Part shown: piece after piece, positions 19,551 through 29,828 of the stretch
Layout: every line of letters begins with the position of its first letter
How positions within the stretch are numbered: the stretch's first letter is position 1
Assembly (NCBI GenBank): GCA_944387445.1
Contig: CALXEX010000004.1
Location: forward strand, 689 to 64,688
Length of the DNA stretch: 64,000 bases
Direction of reading: 5' to 3'
Source: an uncultured Clostridia bacterium
Lineage (GTDB): Bacteria > Bacillota > Clostridia > TANB77 > CAG-508
Notes under the pieces: generated by a model
Told to the model about the DNA's origin: nothing
What the model saw: only the letters and a program-made list of their open reading frames with translations
The model's database searches: none
Program-made: the position numbers and the translations under genes

Positions 19551-21162
19551 TAAAATACTTTTTTTCGTTGCATTTTTCTTAATCGTAACAAATATATTAA
19601 GTGTTACACATCCTTTTGTATTAAAACAAATACTAGACATTGATTTTAAAGATACTAATATTATTATAATTTTAAGAAATTTAGTAATTATATATGTTAC
19701 AGTACATATCTTCCTTATCATATCAAAAGATTTAAGAAATACAGTTATCAATAAAGCAATGTCAAAAATATTAAAGGATTTAAGAGAAAAGCTTTTTTTG
19801 CATGTACTAAAATGGAATATGGGAACCTATCAAAAATATAATTCATCAGAAATCTACACCAGACTAACAGCAGATATTGATAATGTGTCAGCACTATTTT
19901 TAGGAACTTTGCAAGTATTAGTCAATGATGTTTTATATATTGCGTTAATGGTAGTATTTATGTTTTTAGCAGATATTAAATTAGCAATCATAGGCTCTAT
20001 TGCCATGGTAATTACGGCAGGAGTGTCATATATATTTACACATCAAGTTGCAAAAGCTAATAAAGGAATTTTAAATAAAAGAGATAAAGAAAATAGACAA
20101 TATTCAGAAATGTATAATAAAAATAAATTGACCTATTTATTTGGCTTACAAAAAAATACAGTTAAAAAAATAAATAAAACACTAGATGAAGAACTCGTAT
20201 ACAGAAAACGATTTATATTTGTAGAAAGCTTTATATATCCATTATCCATAACAATACAAGCACTAGCCATTTACTTTATATTGCAATATGTATTTCATAT
20301 AAATAGTGCTATTTCATTAGGGAGTATCTATTTGGTAATAAATTATATTAAAGATTGCAGAACACCATTAACTGAAATATTTGAACAATTAGAAGAAATC
20401 CAATCATCATTTATGTCTTTAAAACGAATCAATGTATTACTAAAAGAAAATGGCATAGAAGATATTGAAAAAGGTGAGAAAGATGAAGATTTAAAAGGCG
20501 ATATAGAATTTGAAAACGTATCTATGCAATATGGAGATAACAAAGTTTTAAATGATATTTCGTTTATTATAAAAGAAGGAAGTAAAGTAACAATAGCAGG
20601 AAAAACAGGTGTAGGAAAAACCACCATGATGAATATTTTGATGAGGCTGTATTCATTCCAAAAAGGAAGAATTTTAATTGGAGGAAAAGATATAACAAAA
20701 ATTAGAATAAAGGACATTAGAAAAAATATTTCATATATATCACAAACACCATATATTTTGGAAGATACCTTAAAAAATAACATTGTACTTGGAGATGAAC
20801 ATATAACAGATGAGCAAATAAAAACTGTTGCAAAAGAAATAGGATTTGAAAATACATTAAACAAATTTAAAGATAGATTAGAGGAAAACATATCAAAATC
20901 TAAATTATCTTATGGACAGTTACAAATGATTGCATTTTTAAGAGCAATTTTGCATAAAGCAAATATTTATATATTTGATGAACCAACTTCAAATATAGAT
21001 TTAAAAACAGAAGATAGAATCCAAAAATTAATTAATCGAATTACAAAAGAAAGTACAGTCATTATCATTGCACATAGGAAATCTACCATTGAAAATTCAG
21101 ATAAGATTATTTATTTAAAAGATGGTAAAGTCGATATGATTAAAAATAAATGTGTGATTTAA
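19525..21162 (+). CDS. ABC exporter subunit (fused permease and ATPase), partner of the previous gene
   Basis: Walker A GKTGVGKTT, degenerate signature LSYGQLQM, Walker B IFDEPT. The 26-nt overlap with the upstream gene suggests a heterodimer. Confidence 0.88.
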   Translation: MKSILKKNSKILFFVAFFLIVTNILSVTHPFVLKQILDIDFKDTNIIIILRNLVIIYVTVHIFLIISKDLRNTVINKAMSKILKDLREKLFLHVLKWNMGTYQKYNSSEIYTRLTADIDNVSALFLGTLQVLVNDVLYIALMVVFMFLADIKLAIIGSIAMVITAGVSYIFTHQVAKANKGILNKRDKENRQYSEMYNKNKLTYLFGLQKNTVKKINKTLDEELVYRKRFIFVESFIYPLSITIQALAIYFILQYVFHINSAISLGSIYLVINYIKDCRTPLTEIFEQLEEIQSSFMSLKRINVLLKENGIEDIEKGEKDEDLKGDIEFENVSMQYGDNKVLNDISFIIKEGSKVTIAGKTGVGKTTMMNILMRLYSFQKGRILIGGKDITKIRIKDIRKNISYISQTPYILEDTLKNNIVLGDEHITDEQIKTVAKEIGFENTLNKFKDRLEENISKSKLSYGQLQMIAFLRAILHKANIYIFDEPTSNIDLKTEDRIQKLINRITKESTVIIIAHRKSTIENSDKIIYLKDGKVDMIKNKCVI

Positions 21163-21191
21163 TAATATTCTAAAAATAGGAGGGCAAACTA

Positions 21192-22340
21192 TTGAATGTA
21201 ATTTTTTTAGATATAGATGGTGTTTTGAATAGTCCAAATTATGCGACAAGATATAAGAATATGAAAACAAAAAAAGAAAGAACATACAAAAATATTGATG
21301 ATAGTGCACTTAAGTATCTTCAAAAGCTTCAAAATAAATATGATGCTAGAATTGTTTTAACTTCTACTTGGCGTAAGTGGCGTAACCTTATATCAATAGA
21401 TAAATTTAAAGAATCTATTAAAGAGAATCCAATAACAGAAACAGAGAGAAAAGAATATGGAGGAAATGCAACTTTAAGAACATTGTATGAAAAATTAGAG
21501 TCAGAATATGGGTTAGCGTTAGATGATGCAACGATTGATTTACAGAATAGAATGTTAGAAATACAACTATACTTATTACTTCATAAAGAAATAGAAAAAT
21601 TTGTGATTTTAGATGACGATGATCAAAATTTTACAGAAATGTTCGAAGAACAATTTGTTCAATGTTGTAAAGAAGGAGAAGCTTTTGGAGAAAAAGAATT
21701 TGAACAAGCTTGTACAAGTTTTGCACAGCAAAAAAGATATATTCCCAAAATAGAAGGCTTAAAAGAATTGCAAGATTATTTTGATAAAGTAACAGAATTT
21801 TATAAAACTAAGGCAGAGTCAGTCTATGCTTCAATCTTAGAAGAAGATTTCGATGGGTATTCATTCAAAGAGGTTTCATCTGATACTACACCAGATATGC
21901 AATATAAAAGATTATATTATTACTTGCCAGAAAAAATTCGCGATAAAATTAGTATAGATTCTTGGAAAAATGGAAGAATTATGACTAATAACCAAAGAAC
22001 ATTTGAGCAAGCTATTATCAGTAATCAAGATTATTTTTCTAGTTTAATGTTATTGAAAGCTGGTTCAGATTCTTTGCCATTATATAGCATCGTATTAGAA
22101 CAAATAGAAATAGACAAAAAAGAAGAAATGCAAATGATGCAAGATTTAATTTCTAAATTATCTGAAGAACAAAAAATGAAATTGTTACAATCAGCTAGAA
22201 GAAAATATGATGAGTTGCAGGAAAAAAATTTGCAGGGCTCAATAAAGAATATGAGTGAAGTTATTCAATGTTTGTTTAATGAAGATATTTCAAAAATACA
22301 AATTGAAATAGAAAGTGAGCCAGATAAAGAATTGCATTAG
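21192..22340 (+). CDS. HAD-like phosphatase-fold domain protein with an approximately 230-aa unknown C-terminal extension
   Basis: TTG start 7 nt after AGGAGGG. IFLDIDGVLNS, LTSTWR and FVILDDDD resemble the HAD domain found in RNA-repair-associated proteins (from memory). Confidence 0.5.
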   Translation: MNVIFLDIDGVLNSPNYATRYKNMKTKKERTYKNIDDSALKYLQKLQNKYDARIVLTSTWRKWRNLISIDKFKESIKENPITETERKEYGGNATLRTLYEKLESEYGLALDDATIDLQNRMLEIQLYLLLHKEIEKFVILDDDDQNFTEMFEEQFVQCCKEGEAFGEKEFEQACTSFAQQKRYIPKIEGLKELQDYFDKVTEFYKTKAESVYASILEEDFDGYSFKEVSSDTTPDMQYKRLYYYLPEKIRDKISIDSWKNGRIMTNNQRTFEQAIISNQDYFSSLMLLKAGSDSLPLYSIVLEQIEIDKKEEMQMMQDLISKLSEEQKMKLLQSARRKYDELQEKNLQGSIKNMSEVIQCLFNEDISKIQIEIESEPDKELH

Positions 22341-22432
22341 TATAGAAGAGAACAAGTACAAGGAAATACTTATAAGAGAGTAGAATATTTTAAATTCATA
22401 TGATATACTGCAATTAAAAAAGGAGTTTAGTC

Positions 22433-23158
22433 ATGAAAATACAATTAATTGGAACAGGAACAATACCTGATATTGCAAATAGTGCAAGTATATTGATAAA
22501 TGATCATATATTATTTGATATGCCTAATGGTAATTTAAAAGCCATGATAAGACAAAATATAGATATAATGAAAATAGATACTTTAATTATATCTCATACT
22601 CATGCAGACCATTGTTTTGACACACCATTTTTATTATGGTATAAGAAATATTATTATAAACCAGGATATAAATTATCTACAAAAATTGTAACAGATGAAA
22701 TTACTAAAGATACAATAGAAAACTTAATAGACTTATCATATTTTGGTTCTGCAAAAGAAGCAGAAAAAGAATTTATTGATTTTCAAGATGTAAATAATAT
22801 AAAGATATGTGATGATGTAGAAATATTAAATGAACCGATGTTACATAGAAAGATTAAATATGCTAATGGATATATTATAAAAGAAAATCATGTAAGCATT
22901 GGATTAACTGGAGATACAAGTTATTGTGAAGGCATAAGAAAAATTGCAAGTAAAGTAGATTATTTAATTTGTGATATGACATTGATGCTAGGTAATGATT
23001 CACATATGGGAATAGATAATATTTTAGAACTTATGAAAGATTATCCAAATCTAAGAATAATACCAATACACATGCACGATAAAACAAGAAATGAAGCCAA
23101 AAAATTAGAAAAAGATAATTTACTTATATATGAAGATGGCAAGATTTTAGAGATATAA
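22433..23158 (+). CDS. MBL-fold metallo-hydrolase
   Basis: SHTHADHCFD (HxHxDH) motif. Confidence 0.7.
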   Translation: MKIQLIGTGTIPDIANSASILINDHILFDMPNGNLKAMIRQNIDIMKIDTLIISHTHADHCFDTPFLLWYKKYYYKPGYKLSTKIVTDEITKDTIENLIDLSYFGSAKEAEKEFIDFQDVNNIKICDDVEILNEPMLHRKIKYANGYIIKENHVSIGLTGDTSYCEGIRKIASKVDYLICDMTLMLGNDSHMGIDNILELMKDYPNLRIIPIHMHDKTRNEAKKLEKDNLLIYEDGKILEI

Positions 23159-23271
23159 GGAGCAAAATTTGTAACTTATTTAGATTCAGATAAGATATAT
23201 AATGATTTATTTAATAAAATTTTAAGATAGAAAAAAGTATATAGATTAAATGAAATAGAGCTGAAATACCA

Positions 23272-23955
23272 ATGAAAGAAACATATTTAACAGAATTACA
23301 TTTACATACAAAAGAATCTAGTTCCTGTTCAAATATACCAGCAAAAGGAATGATAGAAGCATATAAAGAAAAAGGATATTCAACAATTGTTATTACTGAT
23401 CATTGCAGTAAAGGCAAAATGGAAAGACTAGGGAAGATTAGTTGGAAACAAAAAATGGATTATGTGTTTACTGGATTTGATATTGCAAAAGAATATGGAG
23501 AAAGTTTAGGATTATATATTTTATTAGGTGTAGAAATAACCTTACATCAAACAGATAGTGATTATCTAGTATATGGGATAGACAAAGACTTTTTATATAA
23601 CCATGAAAAGATATATGAATACTCACTTCCAGAATTGTATGATTTATGCCATAGAAATGATTATATATTAGTACAAGCTCATCCTTTTAGAGATAATATA
23701 GAACTTGTACCATTAGAATATATTGATGGAATTGAAATATTTAATGGTTGTCATGATGAAGTATCTAGAAATGAAAAAGCAGAAAAATATGGTATGAGTA
23801 CAAATAAAATATTAACATCTGGTTCAGACTTTCATAATTTAGAAGATTTAGCAAGAGGAGGAATCGTAACAACAGAAGAAATAAGAGACATCAAACAATT
23901 AGTAAGAGTATTAAAAAATAAAGAATTCAAAGTAATAAAAGATGGGAAATACTAA
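23272..23955 (+). CDS. PHP-domain phosphoesterase
   Basis: ELHLHTKESSSCS N-terminal motif, plus later AHPF and SDFH metal-ligand-like motifs. Confidence 0.7.
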   Translation: MKETYLTELHLHTKESSSCSNIPAKGMIEAYKEKGYSTIVITDHCSKGKMERLGKISWKQKMDYVFTGFDIAKEYGESLGLYILLGVEITLHQTDSDYLVYGIDKDFLYNHEKIYEYSLPELYDLCHRNDYILVQAHPFRDNIELVPLEYIDGIEIFNGCHDEVSRNEKAEKYGMSTNKILTSGSDFHNLEDLARGGIVTTEEIRDIKQLVRVLKNKEFKVIKDGKY

Positions 23956-23957
23956 AA

Positions 23958-24545
23958 ATGGAAGAACTAAAAATAGATTATAAATTTAATTTAGTAGATT
24001 TTAAAATAATGGAAAATATCGAACATTCATATTTTCCAAATGACAATATAACACCAGCTGAAGAAGTATTAAAGTGGTATCAAAGAAATGACTTAACTTG
24101 TATAGGTATTAGAAATAGTAATAATGAAGTAATTGCAAGTGTTAATATACTACCGTTGAATGAGAGAACTTTTTATAATATTTATAACAATAAAATGAAT
24201 GAAGCTGATGTAATAGATTCTCAAATAGAAACATATGAGAACAACCAAGATTATTACTTATACTTATCTTCAATATCAATAAACAAAAATTATAGAAATA
24301 ACTATCGTGTAATAACAACACTATTAAAAGGATGTATTGATTTATATGAGATACTAATAGATAGAAACATTAAGATAATAAAAATAATGGCAGATGCAAG
24401 TACAGAGCATGGAGAAAAAATATGTAAGAAATTATTGGAAATGGATTTTATAAGAGATACAAGCCATAATTCTAAAATTTATTGTATAGATGGTAATGAT
24501 TTTATACATTCATTTGATAAAATTATAAAATTTTTAAGGGAATAA
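23958..24545 (+). CDS. hypothetical protein, possibly GNAT-like
   Basis: ORF starts 3 nt after the PHP gene stop. Size and secondary-structure feel are GNAT-like, but no clean motif A is visible. Confidence 0.35.
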   Translation: MEELKIDYKFNLVDFKIMENIEHSYFPNDNITPAEEVLKWYQRNDLTCIGIRNSNNEVIASVNILPLNERTFYNIYNNKMNEADVIDSQIETYENNQDYYLYLSSISINKNYRNNYRVITTLLKGCIDLYEILIDRNIKIIKIMADASTEHGEKICKKLLEMDFIRDTSHNSKIYCIDGNDFIHSFDKIIKFLRE

Positions 24546-24611
24546 AATTTATAGGATTAAGAGAAAATATTATGATAATTGAAAAGAAGAAAAATAGGAG
24601 AACTACAAATT

Positions 24612-25307
24612 ATGGAAAATAGAAATAAAAAGGTAATAATAGGAATTGTTGCAAAACATATAAATAATAATCAATCCAAAATTAATTCTTTAATTCGTGA
24701 TGAAGTAAAACAAGCAATATTTGATAATGGCGGAATTGCAATTGGAATATTATCACCAAATGAGGAAATATTATATGCAGGAAACGATTGGAAAGATTAT
24801 GAAGGTAAAATAAGAAAAGAAGAAATAATAGATGAGTTAAATTTGTGTGATGGTGTTATTTTGCAAGGTGGGATAACTTGCGAAGCATATGAAAGTTGGA
24901 TTGCAAAATATTGCTATGATAATAACATTCCTATACTTGGGATTTGTGCTGGACAAAATGCCATAGCAAGAGGTCTAGGAGGAACAACTTTTAAAATCAG
25001 TAATCCAGAAAAACATGATAAAAGTTTTGATGAATATGTGCATAGTATAAAGATTGATAAAGAGTCAAAATTTTATTCAATTACTCAAAAAGAAGAAATA
25101 ATGGTAAATTCAAGACATAAAAATTCAATAGAAGAATGTCCAAGATTAAATAAAGTAGCATTTTGTGAAGATGGATATGCAGATGTTATTGAAGATCCTA
25201 ATAAAGATTTCTATATTGGTGTAAGATTTCATCCAGAAAGTTTATATAAAAAAGATGAAAACATGAATAATATTTTTAAAGCTTTTTTAGAAATATGTAA
25301 AAATTAA
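24612..25307 (+). CDS. class-I glutamine amidotransferase-like gamma-glutamyl hydrolase (peptidase C26 family)
   Basis: LGICAGQNAI nucleophile elbow and GVRFHPE. The ATG at 24612 follows AGGAGAA. Confidence 0.75.
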   Translation: MENRNKKVIIGIVAKHINNNQSKINSLIRDEVKQAIFDNGGIAIGILSPNEEILYAGNDWKDYEGKIRKEEIIDELNLCDGVILQGGITCEAYESWIAKYCYDNNIPILGICAGQNAIARGLGGTTFKISNPEKHDKSFDEYVHSIKIDKESKFYSITQKEEIMVNSRHKNSIEECPRLNKVAFCEDGYADVIEDPNKDFYIGVRFHPESLYKKDENMNNIFKAFLEICKN

Positions 25308-25388
25308 TGTTAAATAAAATCAAATATAGAGGATAAAACTTTTATAAGGAACATCTTATATATTTTTAATATACAATATTAAAAAAAT

Positions 25389-25427
25389 AGAATCATCGCC
25401 TTTTACAGAAAGATGATTCTATTTTTT
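25389..25427. terminator. bidirectional terminator between convergent genes
   Basis: agaatcatc/gatgattct stem flanked by A7 and T6. Confidence 0.7.
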
Positions 25428-25494
25428 AATGCAGTCAATAGCAATATCACATAAATTGTATTATAAAAAAACAAATTATAGGGAAATACTAGAC

Positions 25495-26767
25495 TTATCT
25501 TAACAAATTAAACCAACTAGAAAATACTTTTGTACTCATAGTAGCAAGATTGATTTTATCAACAGAAATTTGTGAAACTAAATTTACTGTTGAGAGAACT
25601 TCTCCATCCAAAGAAAAGGAAACTTCACCAACTTTTTGACCACTCGTAATTGGAGCAGATATGTTTTCATCTAAAGTTACAGTTTGTTCGATATTTTTTT
25701 CACTGCCTTTTGCAAGTAAAATACCAGCATCATTTTCTAATACAACAGGTATTGTAGATTGAATTCCTTTATCTATACTTGTGGTTTGAATTAAGTCTCC
25801 CGCTTTTCCAAAACTTTGATAAGAAAAATTATTAAATCCATAATCTAGTAATTTTTCGGCTTCTGAGAAACGCACTTTTGTAGAGGGTGCTTTCATAATA
25901 ACAGCAATTAAAGACAAACCATCACGTGTAGCACTAGCAGATAAATTATACAAAGCAAGAGAAGTAGAACCTGTTTTTAAACCTGTAGCACCACTATAAT
26001 TCTTAATCAATCTGTTTGTGTTAGAAAGCCCGCGTTTCACCATCTCTCAAAGTGTCCATCCAGATGGTTGTATAATTAGTAATTTCAGGATATTTTGTTA
26101 ACAATTCTCTAGACATAACAGCAATGTCATAACTAGAAGTTACATGACCATCTTCATCTAAACCATGACAATTTTTAAAAGTTGTATCACTCATACCTAG
26201 TTCATAAGCCTTATCATTCATCATTTGGACAAAAGCTTCTTCTGAACCAGCAATATATTCTGCCATGGCAACAACACAATCATTTGCAGAATTGACACAA
26301 ATTGCTTTTAACATTTCATCAACCGTCAAAGTTTCAGTTGTATCTAGCCAAATTTGAGAACCACCCATGGAAGCAGCATTTTCACTACAAGGAACCTCAT
26401 CTGTTAAAGAAATTTTTCCAGAATCTAATGCTTCCATAATAAGAAGGATACTCATGACTTTTGTAACAGAAGCAGGACGTAATTGTTCATGAATATTGTG
26501 AGCATATAAGATTCTGCCAGAAGATTGTTCAATTAAAATAGCTGATGCAGATTCTAAATTTAAAGAATTATTATCAGTAACTTCACTAGTTGCATTTGTA
26601 AGTAAGGCGTTATCCTCTTCTATATTAGAAACATTTGTAGAAGACCAAACATATAAAGAATCATCTGAAGCAAATACAAAGGAAGAATAAGAAATGAAAA
26701 TGCAAAGTATAAGAAGAATAGTAAGAAAATGTTTCATATTTGTTTTATTCATATATTTGTAAATCAT
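25495..26767 (-). pseudogene. D-alanyl-D-alanine carboxypeptidase (peptidase S11, Dac-type) split by a frameshift
   Basis: The N-terminal ORF (to 26021) has a signal peptide and the SVTKVMS (SxxK) motif. The C-terminal ORF (from 26043) has SNTNRL, GLKTGST (KTG) and the C-terminal beta domain. The frames differ by 1 nt in the 26021-26043 overlap. Confidence 0.8.
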
Positions 26768-26942
26768 AAAAACCTCCAAAATAGCAGATAACTGCTAGAA
26801 ATATAGTCAAAATATTTTACTTAAATATATGATTAAAAAAATAAAAAAGAACTTATTTTTATTTCAGATATTTTTTGTATATCCATTTTCTTGACAATAT
26901 TTTTGAATAAAGATAAGATAAAAGAAATAAGGGGGAATCAAA

Positions 26943-27680
26943 ATGCCAACATGGGCCATTCATTTAGCAACAGCCAAAAAAGTAAGTGAAAAAATAGATA
27001 CAAATAAAAATATATTTACATTTGGAAATATATTACCAGATATACCAAATGAATATGTTGTAAAAGAAATTACACATCATGTATCACATGCAAGAACACA
27101 TTTTGAAACAGACGTTTTAGTGGTAGAACATATTGAAAAAAGATATGATTTAAGAAATTTTGTAAAAAAATATCAATCTAAATTTTCTAACCCATTAATA
27201 TTAGGATACTATGTACATCTATTAACAGATTATTTCTGGAATGATAAAACATATGGAGAACATGGGATTTATGATGAAGAAAAAAATAGAATTGGGTTAA
27301 TTTTAAATAATGGAGAAAGAATCCTATGTAGTACAGAAAGAGCAAGACAAATCAAAACACAAGACTTTAGAATATTTTCGAAATACATTTATGATCATCA
27401 TTTAGCAGATAAACTGGAATATCAGGAGGAGATAAAGGAATACTTAAAAGAAATTGATTGGATTACATTAGAAGAATCAGATATAGAAAAGACAATAAAA
27501 TATATAAATGACAGATATATGGGAAAAGTTCAAGTGTTAGAAAATGGGGAAAGTACAGAATACAAAATATATAGTGAAAAAGAAATGTTAGAATTAATGG
27601 ATGCCTCTGTTATGTTTATTTTAAAAATGATAAGAAAAGCATCTACAAATGAAATCCTAGATTTCGGTGTATGTAAATAA
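26943..27680 (+). CDS. hypothetical His-rich protein, possibly a metal-dependent hydrolase (zinc phospholipase C-like)
   Basis: WAIHLATA, NILPDIPNE and YYVHLLTDYFWND motifs. The family assignment is tentative. Confidence 0.4.
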   Translation: MPTWAIHLATAKKVSEKIDTNKNIFTFGNILPDIPNEYVVKEITHHVSHARTHFETDVLVVEHIEKRYDLRNFVKKYQSKFSNPLILGYYVHLLTDYFWNDKTYGEHGIYDEEKNRIGLILNNGERILCSTERARQIKTQDFRIFSKYIYDHHLADKLEYQEEIKEYLKEIDWITLEESDIEKTIKYINDRYMGKVQVLENGESTEYKIYSEKEMLELMDASVMFILKMIRKASTNEILDFGVCK

Positions 27681-27768
27681 ATTATTGAAAAATGATATAA
27701 ATGATGAAACGAGAAAAATATGAAGAGCATGTTATACAAAAACAAAAATAATAAAAAAGGATTAAATT

Positions 27769-27867
27769 ATGATTCATATATTACTAGTAGAAGATGATAA
27801 AAATATATCGATTACTATTTTCTATTATTTACAATCAAAATGTCGCACAGACAAACGAACATTATGA
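27769..27867 (+). pseudogene. remnant of a response-regulator receiver domain (first ~20 residues recognisable)
   Basis: MIHILLVEDDKNISITIFYYLQSK, then unrelated residues and a stop after 32 codons. AAAGGA RBS retained. Confidence 0.5.
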
Positions 27868-27912
27868 GACACGAACCTTATGAGAGAAAAAAATAAATAT
27901 GAGGAGAAAAAA

Positions 27913-28413
27913 ATGATTATAATAGGGGAAATATTTTCATTGCTAGCTGCTTTGTGTTTAGCTTATTCAACATTTAGCCATAAAAAAAATAAAATGATAT
28001 GGTGGCAAGCAATAAATGCAATATTTTATGGACTTTCGAACTTGTTTTTGGGAGCTTATTCAGCTGTAGTAACAAATATATTAACATTATTTAGAAATAC
28101 ATTACAAGTAAAAGATAAATTAAATAAACATATTACCATCATCATTTGTTTACTTATGGCTATTGTAGGAATTATATTTAATAATAGAGAATGGTTAGGT
28201 CTATTACCAATATTGGCTTCTGTATCATATACAATTTGTGTATATGTATTAAAATCTGTACAACAAATGAGGATTGCACTTGTAATTAATTTAGCACAAT
28301 GGGCAATTTTTGATTTTATAGTAAAAGCATATCCCATGTTTATAATGGATATGATCATAATTATTGTTACAGTAATGAATATGATTAGATATAAAAACAT
28401 GACAGAATCGTAA
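27913..28413 (+). CDS. small multi-pass membrane protein (YgjV-like)
   Basis: Five to six TM helices. The ATG at 27913 follows GAGGAG. The family call is from general resemblance only. Confidence 0.45.
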   Translation: MIIIGEIFSLLAALCLAYSTFSHKKNKMIWWQAINAIFYGLSNLFLGAYSAVVTNILTLFRNTLQVKDKLNKHITIIICLLMAIVGIIFNNREWLGLLPILASVSYTICVYVLKSVQQMRIALVINLAQWAIFDFIVKAYPMFIMDMIIIIVTVMNMIRYKNMTES

Positions 28414-28676
28414 ATGATATTCTCTTAACTAATTTTTATATAATAAAATCAGAAGAGGAATTTATTAAGAAATTCTTAAAATCCTCTTCTTTTTAAAAAG
28501 TCATTTTAGAGTCACTTTTATGTAGTAATATAATACTAACAATATTAGTATATCATAATTTTATGTAATCATCGATATTTTCCTCAAAAATTGTCAAATA
28601 ATAAATTTTTATTGAAGAAAAAATCATTTTATGATAGGATTATATTAATGAAAGTAAAAAGTTAAAGAGGGGAAAT

Positions 28677-29828
28677 ATGAGTACAAAAGAAATTGTTAAA
28701 AATAAAGAAAATATAGAAGAAAAACAATTAGTAAAAAGTGAAGTAGAAGATTATGCAAAATTTGATATATTACGATATGCACAAGTTTGGGAAGATGCAG
28801 ATATCTTATTACAAGCATTAGACATACATGAGGATGATAATATATTATCTATTGCATCAGCAGGGGAAAATGCGATTAGTTTGTTGATTAAAAATCCCAA
28901 TAAAGTTTTTGCAATTGATTTAAGTGAAAACCAAATTGCTTGTACAGAATTGAAAATTGCAGGATATAAATATTTAGATTATCAAGAATGTATGGAATTA
29001 ATTGGTGTTTTTGATTGCCAAGACAGAATAAAAATCTATCAAAAAATTGCAGATAAGCTATCTAAAAATACAAAAACATATTTAGAAAGCAATTTTGATA
29101 TGATAGAAAAAGGAATTATCCATACAGGAAAATTCGAAAAATATTTTCATCTATTTGGTAAAAAAATATTACCATTTATTCATAAAAAATCAGTAAGAGA
29201 AGAATTGTTACAAAAGAAGACAAAAGAAGAAAGAATGCAATTCTATGATCAAAAATGGAACAATATGAGATGGCAAATGCTTTTTAGATTATTTTTCTCT
29301 AAAATTGTTATGGGAAAATTAGGTAGAGATAAAGCGTTTTTTCGCTATGTTCATGTAAATGTTGCAGAACATATTTTAGAAAGAACGAAATATGCCATCA
29401 CAGAATTAGATACATCAGAAAATCCATATTTGCATTATATTATTAATGGAAAATATGACAGAACTGTCTTACCAGTAGCATATAGAAAAAAAAATTTTGA
29501 AATTATCAAGAAAAATATAGATAAAATTTATTTACTAAAAGATTCTGTCGAAGATTTTATACAAAAAGATGAGATAGATTATATTAGTAAATATAATTTA
29601 AGTGATATTTTTGAATATATGAGTGATGAGCAAATGTGTAAAATATTTGAAAAAATATTTACGAAATCACCATCTGGTACAAAAATTGCTTATTGGAATA
29701 TGTTAGCTGATAAAAGGGCATCAAAATATTTTGACAATTTAGTGTATAAAGAAAAAGAAGCAGAAGCATTATTTAAACAAGATAAAGCCTTTTTCTATAG
29801 TAAATTTATTGTAGAGGAGGTCAGGTAA
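28677..29828 (+). CDS. DUF3419/BtaA-like SAM-dependent (3-amino-3-carboxypropyl) transferase family protein
   Basis: YAQVWEDADILLQAL and ILSIASAGENAISLL...AIDLSENQIACTELK match the BtaA/DUF3419 N-terminal signature as I remember it. Confidence 0.65.
   Translation: MSTKEIVKNKENIEEKQLVKSEVEDYAKFDILRYAQVWEDADILLQALDIHEDDNILSIASAGENAISLLIKNPNKVFAIDLSENQIACTELKIAGYKYLDYQECMELIGVFDCQDRIKIYQKIADKLSKNTKTYLESNFDMIEKGIIHTGKFEKYFHLFGKKILPFIHKKSVREELLQKKTKEERMQFYDQKWNNMRWQMLFRLFFSKIVMGKLGRDKAFFRYVHVNVAEHILERTKYAITELDTSENPYLHYIINGKYDRTVLPVAYRKKNFEIIKKNIDKIYLLKDSVEDFIQKDEIDYISKYNLSDIFEYMSDEQMCKIFEKIFTKSPSGTKIAYWNMLADKRASKYFDNLVYKEKEAEALFKQDKAFFYSKFIVEEVR

Noticed and set aside
20343-20891. 182-aa minus-strand ORF inside the second ABC exporter gene.
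   Set aside because: It is fully antisense to a gene with clear Walker A, signature and Walker B motifs. It has a Ser/Phe/Ile-rich composition typical of a shadow frame in AT-rich DNA, and no RBS.
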